Shown here one piece after another: positions 17,008-23,219 of a stretch of DNA of 23,219 nucleotides. Origin of the DNA: Thermoproteota archaeon. Lineage in GTDB: Archaea > Korarchaeota > Korarchaeia > Korarchaeales > Korarchaeaceae. The stretch is taken from assembly GCA_015522685.1 (NCBI GenBank), contig WALU01000044.1, positions 1-23,219 of the forward strand. Reading direction: 5' to 3'. The notes below the pieces were generated by a model. The model searched no databases. It was not told where the DNA came from and worked only from the letters and a program-made list of their open reading frames with translations. The position numbers and the translations under genes were made by a program. The first letter of the stretch is position 1; the number at the start of each line of letters is the position of its first letter.

Positions 17008-17901
17008 GTGTCACATACATACAGGGATATTCTGCTCCTCATAGGAGGGATTCTGCTAGCAGCCCTATTGATGCTTTCTCTTTCCTCCGCTATGATAAGA
17101 TCATTACCTCATAAAGTAAAGGCCATTGTAATATTCAGGATGGATGATCCCCAACCTTATTGGCAGTCTGATAAGTTAAAAAGAGCTATAGATCTCTTCC
17201 TTGAAGAAAAGGTGCCTGTGACCCTTGGGATCATCCCGAAGGTGATGAATAAATCTACTATACTTGAGCATTCACCATTCATATCCTACACCAAGGATCT
17301 AGTTTACCTTCATGGAGATCTTATAGAGATAGCACAGCATGGTCTAACTCACCTCGCGCTGTCTAAAGTGAGAGGAGCAAGTGAGTTTGCTGGTCTTCCT
17401 TTTCATAAGCAGTTAGAAATGATAAAAGAAGGTAAGAATATCCTAGAATCAATAGATCCGGAGATAAAGTTAAGAAGCTTCATCCCTCCCTTCGATACAT
17501 TCGATAATAACACAATAGAGGCGGTGAGGGAACTGGGGTTCATAGTCTTCTCAGCCATGTACGACGAAGATTCTTCCATCGAAATCGGACAGCCTTATGT
17601 AGATAAAGGGCTAGTCATAATCCATGCTACATCCTCCCTTAAAAACTGGGATACAGGAGCTATAAGAAGCTATAATGAGCTAAGGGAGTCATTTAGCAGA
17701 GTATACAGCAAATGTGGTGTTTTTGTTCTGGAAACTCACTACTTCCTTTTCGATGAGAAGAACACTGAGAAGATAAGGAAATTTATCCATTACATGAAAG
17801 GGAAAGATGTGGCCTTCATGAAGCTTGGTGACTTCGGGGAAGGTTACCTAAATAGGACCATAAGAAAGGAAGATGGATATTGGATTATAGGGAAAGACTG
17901 A
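17008..17901 (+). CDS. Membrane-anchored polysaccharide deacetylase (CE4/NodB-like, DUF2334-like)
   Basis: N-terminal TM. CE4 motifs IFRMDD, EIAQHGLTH, FIPPFD and LETH. Confidence 0.85.
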   Translation: MSHTYRDILLLIGGILLAALLMLSLSSAMIRSLPHKVKAIVIFRMDDPQPYWQSDKLKRAIDLFLEEKVPVTLGIIPKVMNKSTILEHSPFISYTKDLVYLHGDLIEIAQHGLTHLALSKVRGASEFAGLPFHKQLEMIKEGKNILESIDPEIKLRSFIPPFDTFDNNTIEAVRELGFIVFSAMYDEDSSIEIGQPYVDKGLVIIHATSSLKNWDTGAIRSYNELRESFSRVYSKCGVFVLETHYFLFDEKNTEKIRKFIHYMKGKDVAFMKLGDFGEGYLNRTIRKEDGYWIIGKD

Positions 17902-17905
17902 TTGT

Positions 17906-19477
17906 TTACACTACTTCTAAGGAATATTTGGCCTTAACCTTCGGGAATTCCCTTCTGAGAATGTTCATGGCCTTCGGCAAATATTGAAGTATATCCTCAG
18001 CAGTTATGCCATCTTCTCCTTTATCATGAGCCGCTAGATCGCCTGATAGGCCATGAACGAAGACCCCCATCCTAACAGCCTCTCCTATCTCAAATCCTAT
18101 GCCGTACATAGCTGCTATAGTCCCCGTGAGGACGTCTCCAGACCCAGCTGTGGCCATCCCCGGGTTTCCTGTCATATTTATGTATGCTCTACCATTAGGA
18201 TAGGCGATTATACTATGAGCTCCCTTTAGAACTACATAGGAGTTGAGATCCTTAGCTACTTCTCTAGTCACATCAACCTTCCTATTGTCTATATCGCTTA
18301 TGCTCAAGTTGGTTAGGCGGGACATCTCACCCATATGAGGTGTTAGGATCGTTGGAGCTTTCCTCTCACTGACTATTGTAGGATCCTTCGATAGAGCTGT
18401 GAGTCCATCTCCATCTATTATCACCGGCCTGTCTATCTCAGTAGTAAGCCTCCTTATGAGCTGCTGAGTCTCCTCATTCAGTGAGGTGCCGGGTCCCAGG
18501 GCAACTATATCTATGCCATACCTGTCCAGAATGTCCATTATCAAATCCTCGTTTTTCAAGAAGATTGAACCTTCCTCGGTCTCCTCTAAGGGTATATATA
18601 CGACCTCGCTTGCCTTAGCTCCTATGAAAGGTATAACAGATTTCGGAGCTGCTAACCTAGAATAACCACCTCCAGCCTTCATGAAAGATAGAGCAGTGAA
18701 ATAGGGAGCACCATAATAGTTTCTGGCTCCTGCCACAGCCAAGAACTTCCCAAATGTTCCCTTATGTCCCCATTTCAATCTCTCCGGCAGTGGTAGGGGA
18801 TCGTTGAGCTCCACTTTCACCTGCTCATACATCTCCGGTGGGAAGGATATGTGACACACGTAGAGCTTGCCACAGTGATGGTAGCCGGGATACAATATGT
18901 TTCCCAGCTTAGGGAGACCGAACGTGACCGTGTAATCTGCCTTAATAGCTAACCCATATATCTTCCCATTATCCCCTCCTATACCCGAAGGTATATCGAC
19001 GGAAAATACTACTTTTCCGGATGAGTTTATCAACTCTATTGCTTCCTTATACAGGCCTCCAACCTCTCTAGTTAGCCCAGTGCCGAAGATTCCATCAATT
19101 ACGGCATCGGCCCAGTCAAGCCCGTTCTTCAAAGCATCAATTCCTTCATCCCTTATGTAGTGTCTTTCCAGCCCTATCCTCTCAACTATCTCATAGTTCT
19201 TACTCGCTGCCCCCTTGAACTTCGCTGGATCTCCCAAGAAAAACACCTTAACTGAGCCACCATTAGAGTGGAGCTTCCTAGCAACTACTAAAGAATCTCC
19301 ACCGTTATTTCCCGAACCAGCGACCACTGCAAACTTCTTTCCATCAACACCAAATTCTTTCAATATTACAAATGCAAGAGCATTACCTGCATTTTCCATC
19401 AGGAGATCCTGATATATACTGTATTCCATCGCTGTTGAATCCAGATTTCTCATCTCCTCGACGCTGCTGACCTTCAT
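17906..19477 (-). CDS. nnr: Bifunctional NAD(P)H-hydrate epimerase/dehydratase (NnrE-NnrD)
   Basis: YjeF_N motifs [21 protein letters not shown] and VDIPSG. Dehydratase motifs [18 protein letters not shown] and [12 protein letters not shown]. The start is ATG 19477 or GTG 19486. Confidence 0.96.
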   Translation of the reverse strand: MKVSSVEEMRNLDSTAMEYSIYQDLLMENAGNALAFVILKEFGVDGKKFAVVAGSGNNGGDSLVVARKLHSNGGSVKVFFLGDPAKFKGAASKNYEIVERIGLERHYIRDEGIDALKNGLDWADAVIDGIFGTGLTREVGGLYKEAIELINSSGKVVFSVDIPSGIGGDNGKIYGLAIKADYTVTFGLPKLGNILYPGYHHCGKLYVCHISFPPEMYEQVKVELNDPLPLPERLKWGHKGTFGKFLAVAGARNYYGAPYFTALSFMKAGGGYSRLAAPKSVIPFIGAKASEVVYIPLEETEEGSIFLKNEDLIMDILDRYGIDIVALGPGTSLNEETQQLIRRLTTEIDRPVIIDGDGLTALSKDPTIVSERKAPTILTPHMGEMSRLTNLSISDIDNRKVDVTREVAKDLNSYVVLKGAHSIIAYPNGRAYINMTGNPGMATAGSGDVLTGTIAAMYGIGFEIGEAVRMGVFVHGLSGDLAAHDKGEDGITAEDILQYLPKAMNILRREFPKVKAKYSLEVV

Positions 19478-19714
19478 TCCTCGCACACCTGCTTATACTA
19501 CCGTCATTTAATATTGTGTTTTCGCATCATCCTATCCGTTTCTAACCAAACAAAATATGCCTGAAAAAGCATTGGTTTATTAAAGAGTGAGATCTACAGA
19601 AAAGCCGAGATTAACGGAGGAATTACTAGCTCTTCTTTTTCTACCTTCCGCCACACTAGACTTCACCATTCCCTTCCATACCATCGTTATTAGTTTGCTC
19701 ATACTCCGTACCAT

Positions 19715-20626
19715 ATGCTCAGGCCAGAAGATACCGAGATGAAATTCATTAGAATTGTTAGAAGCGCTCATTTGAATGCTTACGGAACCCTCTACGGAGG
19801 TTGGATGATGAGATGGATCATAGATGCCGCATCGTCCATAGCAATGAACCTGGCCAAAGGGCCCGTAGTGGTCGGCTATGTGGATGACCTCCACTTCCTC
19901 TCCCCCATATATCTCGGAGAGCTTGTGATATACAAGGCCAGAGCGGAATACACATCCAAGAAGGTAGCTGTAGTGAGCGTGAAGGTGTGGGGAGAGAATC
20001 CTGAGACCGGAAAGAGGAAGCCTTCCACCTTTGCAATGCTTGCTTACGTCTCCATAGACAGAGAAGGAAAGCCCAGAGACCTTCCAGTCAGGATAGATGG
20101 TAGCGAACTCGGAAGGAAGTTCTACGAGGCAGTTAAGGAGAGAGTTACAGATAGGCATGAGAAGGTCAAGGATATAAGTACGGATGGGTATGAGCCAATT
20201 TCAAGCATAATAGTGAGGGAAGAGCAGCTTATCAATTCTGACCTCATGTATGCAGGTTATCTCCTCTACTTACTGGATGAAGTTGGTTCGATTAGAGCTT
20301 TGAGGTACTCAAGGGGACCTGCTGTCACTGCTTGCTTGGACAGGCTTGCATTCTATGCTCCAATGTATAAGGGAGATCTAGTCAGCTTTTACTCCAAAGT
20401 GACCAGAGTATGGAACACGTCAATGGAGATATCCATTAAGACTCTGGTTGAGAACCCTAGTGGTGTTAGGCACACAACCACTTCTTACATGGTCTTTGTC
20501 GGCATGGGAGATAAGGGCCCAAGGAATCTTCCACCAATGGAAGATGGAGATCCCTTAGCGGATAGGAGGAGGAAGGAGAGGATGAGGATACTTAGGAGGA
20601 TAAAAGAGAGGATGTTACATGAATGA
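19715..20626 (+). CDS. Acyl-CoA thioesterase with tandem hotdog domains
   Basis: Domain 1 HLNAYGTLYGGWMMRWIIDAA; domain 2 LMYAGYLLYLLDEVG...VWNTSMEI. Confidence 0.9.
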   Translation: MLRPEDTEMKFIRIVRSAHLNAYGTLYGGWMMRWIIDAASSIAMNLAKGPVVVGYVDDLHFLSPIYLGELVIYKARAEYTSKKVAVVSVKVWGENPETGKRKPSTFAMLAYVSIDREGKPRDLPVRIDGSELGRKFYEAVKERVTDRHEKVKDISTDGYEPISSIIVREEQLINSDLMYAGYLLYLLDEVGSIRALRYSRGPAVTACLDRLAFYAPMYKGDLVSFYSKVTRVWNTSMEISIKTLVENPSGVRHTTTSYMVFVGMGDKGPRNLPPMEDGDPLADRRRKERMRILRRIKERMLHE

Positions 20627-20652
20627 CAATCTCCTAAGTAAAAACTATGCCT

Positions 20653-20733
20653 TTAAGCCCTGAGATCATCTATATGAGCTGGTATTCTCTCAAGAGATTT
20701 CTTGGCCCTTCTAGAGATCAGGACCTGAAACAT
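20653..20733 (-). pseudogene. relE: Truncated RelE/ParE-like toxin (26 aa remnant)
   Basis: MFQVLISRRAKKSLERIPAHIDDLRA* starts immediately after the stop of a RelB-like sequence. It resembles the RelE N-terminus, and the catalytic C-terminal part is absent. Confidence 0.65.
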
Positions 20734-20913
20734 CTACTCATCCATCTCCTCCAAATCCTCAAGCCTAACGAAAGAACCTTCAGCTATCTCCTTTCTAGCT
20801 TCCTCAAGTTCCTTCTTCTCTTCTTCGCTTAGTTCTTCCTCTGGAAGAAGTACTGCTCTTAACCTGAGCAACTCTAGCTTGATGGAGTCTAGCTTCTCTA
20901 GGAGGAGCTTGAA
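20734..20913 (-). pseudogene. relB: Archaeal RelB-like antitoxin lacking its own start, fused to an upstream fragment
   Basis: FKLLLEKLDSIKLELLRLRAVLLPEEELSEEEKKELEEARKEIAEGSFVRLEDL resembles the acidic RelB antitoxins of Thermococcales. Confidence 0.65.
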
Positions 20914-21235
20914 TTTCAGGGATCCATCCCTGCCGTCCAGAGCGAATAGGTAAGTCTCATTGCTGTAGATAACCTCGGGTATGCCATCTCCGTCGAGATC
21001 GTAAACGGCCAATGGAAGCCTAGCATTCACCGCCCCACCCATCCATCGAATCCCCACTGCGAAGTTGTTTATCCTTCCCCTGCCAGAAACGAAGCCTACC
21101 AATCCATTCCTGTTAATAGAACCTTGGAAGCCTAGCCACACCTGGCTTGGTGCGGGCGAAGCTGATAACTTGTAGTAAGGGCCCGCGAGGAGGAGACTTG
21201 AAATGAAATAAAAATAGGGCGATAATGGATTTCAT
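20914..21235 (-). pseudogene. 5' remnant of a secreted FG-GAP/PQQ-like beta-propeller protein
   Basis: ATG 21235 plus a one-base shift in the T-rich tract (about 21201-21214) gives MKSIIALFLFISSLLLAGPYYKLSASPAPSQVWLGFQGSINRNG...PLAVYDLDGDGIPEVI...FALDGRDG. Confidence 0.65.
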
Positions 21236-21417
21236 TAGGACCACCCAACTAAAGGATACGTAATCGCGTGTGAGATCATTGAATGTTCTTGCGAACCCTG
21301 TGAGGTGGGAAGATCCGTTATGGCCACACCTAAAGTCTGAGAACTTACATTGAGAGGTAAAGCGTCACTTTGCAGGAGAGCTAGCCCTAATACCATCAAT
21401 ATGGATAGTAAAAGCAT
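21235..21417 (-). CDS. Short ORF with signal-peptide-like N-terminus (possible remnant)
   Basis: Hydrophobic N-terminus MLLLSILMVLGLALLQS. Its stop overlaps the next ATG (TAATG). Confidence 0.35.
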   Translation of the reverse strand: MLLLSILMVLGLALLQSDALPLNVSSQTLGVAITDLPTSQGSQEHSMISHAITYPLVGWS

Positions 21418-21420
21418 CTT

Positions 21421-21481
21421 GAGGCATAGAAGTGAGTCGCGATAGCAATCACTATCCTACTCATCAGGAGGCATAGAAGTG
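21421..21481. repeat. 14-bp direct repeat GAGGCATAGAAGTG x2 flanking a hairpin
   Basis: Exact copies at 21421-21434 and 21468-21481. The inverted repeat TGAGT-cgc-GATAG-caatca-CTATC-ct-ACTCA lies at 21433-21463. Confidence 0.8.
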
Positions 21482-21587
21482 CGAGGAATATCACGACTAG
21501 AGCTATAGAAAGTTCGCTGATGAATGATCATCCCAGATCCGCTGGCCTTATTATATCGACCCTCCCACTTTTCTCCATGGAATTATT

Positions 21588-22193
21588 ATGATAGATCTTA
21601 AGGCTTGGCAAAGGAGAAGGGAAAGAACCCTTGAGGAGTTAAAGGAGCATTTAGCAGCAGGTAGAGTTGATGAGGATATAATAGAGCTTCTTGAGGTCAT
21701 AAATTCTCTCCCTTATGCTTTTACAACGAGCAGCTGTTCTGGGAGGATACAGTTATATAAAGCAGATATGCCAGGGGAGAAGTTCGAGCTTGAGACTCTA
21801 AGTAAATGGCATTCACCCGTAACCCAAGGTGATATTTTGGAAGCTATGAGAGGAAGAGATATATGGCTAGCAATGCTGCCTCCAATACTTCACATATCGA
21901 CGTGTAGCATTGAATCAGCAAGCCATCTCCTTAAAGTTCTCAGGGGGGCTGGATTCAAGAGAGCTGGTATAATATCCATTGCAAGGGATGGCATAACCAT
22001 CGAGACCATTGGTACCGAGAGGCTTGAGATGCCAATAAGGCTCAGGGGAAGGAATTTAATCGGAGAGGATGCAATACCCATGATTGTTGAGATAGTTAAC
22101 TCTTTACTAGCTAGATCGAAAAGAAGACTGGGGAGGTTAGAGGAGGCGATTAAGGATGAAATTGCCAGAGGCCTGGATAATATCTGTGGGTAA
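21588..22193 (+). CDS. taw3: tRNA wybutosine-pathway methyltransferase Taw3/TYW3
   Basis: VDEDI...IN...FTTSSCSGRI, KWH, PILH, AGFKRAGI and TERLEMP motifs. Confidence 0.95.
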   Translation: MIDLKAWQRRRERTLEELKEHLAAGRVDEDIIELLEVINSLPYAFTTSSCSGRIQLYKADMPGEKFELETLSKWHSPVTQGDILEAMRGRDIWLAMLPPILHISTCSIESASHLLKVLRGAGFKRAGIISIARDGITIETIGTERLEMPIRLRGRNLIGEDAIPMIVEIVNSLLARSKRRLGRLEEAIKDEIARGLDNICG

Positions 22194-22959
22194 TGAGCTC
22201 CTAAATGGGAGGATAGTCAACACTAACCTCAGTTGGCTGGCCCGTAAGCTAACCATAGATGGCTATCTAGTGAGATCAGCCCTAACTGTCAGAGACGAAT
22301 GCGACGATATAGTATGGGCCTTCAGGACAGCCCTTGATGAAGGAGCATCCTTAGTCATTTCCACTGGAGGACTTGGACCCACATTCGATGATAAGACATC
22401 AGAATGCCTCTCTAAGGCCCTTGGAAGGAAGCATGTTGTGAACGATGAGGCCTTAGGGATGGTGAGGGAGAAGTATAGGGAGAGGAACATGCCTCTAACG
22501 GAGTATAGGATAAAGATGGCGATGATGCCTGAGGGAGCCAAGCCCGTACCTAATAATGCTGGTACAGCCACAGGGATCCTAGTAGAGGAAGGCATGTCCC
22601 TAATCTTGGTAATGCCTGGTGTTCCCGGCGAGATGAAGGATATATTTGAGAGGATAGAGCCTCTTCTCAGGAAAAGGGCCCCCCCTCTTCATTATATGAG
22701 CAAAGATCTCTTGGTAGGAGGAGTACCGGAATCAGCAGCGGCTCCCATAATTGAGAAGGTCATGAAAAAGTTCCCGGTTTATATAAAGAGCCATCCAAGT
22801 GGTCACGAGATAAGAAAGCCGATCTTAAAGATCAATATAACTGCTTCATCCTCCAATAGAGAAGAAGCTGAGAAATCGGTTAGAGAAGCTTTAAAGATGC
22901 TGAAGAATATGTTAGCCGAGCAGGATGGTGTGATAGAGGGAGTTGAAGATGCAGGCTAA
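22156..22959 (+). CDS. CinA N-terminal-like molybdopterin-binding-domain protein (COG1058)
   Basis: SVGNELLNGRIVNTN, TGGLGPTFDDKT and MPGVPGEM motifs. There is no C-terminal PncC domain. Confidence 0.9.
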   Translation: MKLPEAWIISVGNELLNGRIVNTNLSWLARKLTIDGYLVRSALTVRDECDDIVWAFRTALDEGASLVISTGGLGPTFDDKTSECLSKALGRKHVVNDEALGMVREKYRERNMPLTEYRIKMAMMPEGAKPVPNNAGTATGILVEEGMSLILVMPGVPGEMKDIFERIEPLLRKRAPPLHYMSKDLLVGGVPESAAAPIIEKVMKKFPVYIKSHPSGHEIRKPILKINITASSSNREEAEKSVREALKMLKNMLAEQDGVIEGVEDAG

Positions 22960-23219
22960 AGTCAAGGAGAAAGTGAAGTTAGTGGTCTTGGATCTCGATA
23001 GAGTGCTCTGGAACTACCATGATGCATCACTTATTGAACCTCCTCTCTCAAGAATAGATGAGAGAACTGTAATTGACTCCAGAGGCGTGAAGGTAACCTT
23101 GAGGGATGGAGTCAGAGAGTTCCTCAGCTATGTTAAGAGTTCCGGCGTCTTCCTGTCTACATGCAGCTGGAACGTTAAAGAGAAGGCGATGATTCTTCTT
23201 GAGGCGTTCTCCTTAGATA
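22949..23219 (+). CDS. Magnesium-dependent phosphatase-1 (HAD superfamily), partial at window end
   Basis: Hand translation: MQAKVKEKVKLVVLDLDRVLWNYHDASLIEPP...GVREFL...STCSWN. It has HAD motif I DLD and the archaeal MDP-1-like SWN, and is open to the window edge. Confidence 0.88.
   Translation, partial: MQAKVKEKVKLVVLDLDRVLWNYHDASLIEPPLSRIDERTVIDSRGVKVTLRDGVREFLSYVKSSGVFLSTCSWNVKEKAMILLEAFSLD

Noticed and set aside
19580-20158. 192-aa minus-strand ORF
   Set aside because: It is mostly an antisense shadow of the thioesterase, with no motifs.
21430-21470. Hammerhead ribozyme on the minus strand (CTGATGAG plus a stem)
   Set aside because: The stem is followed by ACTT, not the required GAAA, and stems I and III are missing.
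21421-21481. Mini-CRISPR (two repeats with a 33-nt spacer)
   Set aside because: The repeat is only 14 bp, there are only two exact copies, and there is no leader or cas gene.

Overview
This is an archaeal chromosomal window, probably from a hyperthermophile. The evidence is an archaeal-type TrpRS, Taw3, MDP-1, a Pyrococcus-type RelB and BRE/TATA promoters; the lineage cannot be fixed from sequence alone. The left part is an iron locus. A DtxR/IdeR-type repressor is divergent from feoA-feoA-feoB, and a perfect 16-bp palindrome lies just behind the feo TATA box. The operon continues with three uncharacterised genes: a membrane protein, a Cys-less TusA/DUF2249-like protein, and a 51-aa CxxCPLxxxC peptide that the ORF track missed. 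The middle (about 7.15-16.9 kb) is a block of minus-strand genes: sufC/sufB (SMS-like), trpS with an Fe-S-type Cys motif, an ABC exporter, a PKD surface protein, and a HExxH metallopeptidase coupled to a stand-alone AEP primase-like gene. This block is bracketed by what look like the two halves of one His-rich membrane-protein gene in opposite orientations, suggesting a ~9.8 kb inversion that broke the gene. The right part holds a polysaccharide deacetylase, nnr, a double-hotdog thioesterase, a decayed FG-GAP/RelBE chimera, and a taw3 / cinA-like / mdp-1 operon running off the end. I saw no rRNA, tRNA, CRISPR array or transposase. The best candidates for undescribed biology are the AEP + IrrE/ImmA-like peptidase pair and the accessory genes of the feo operon.
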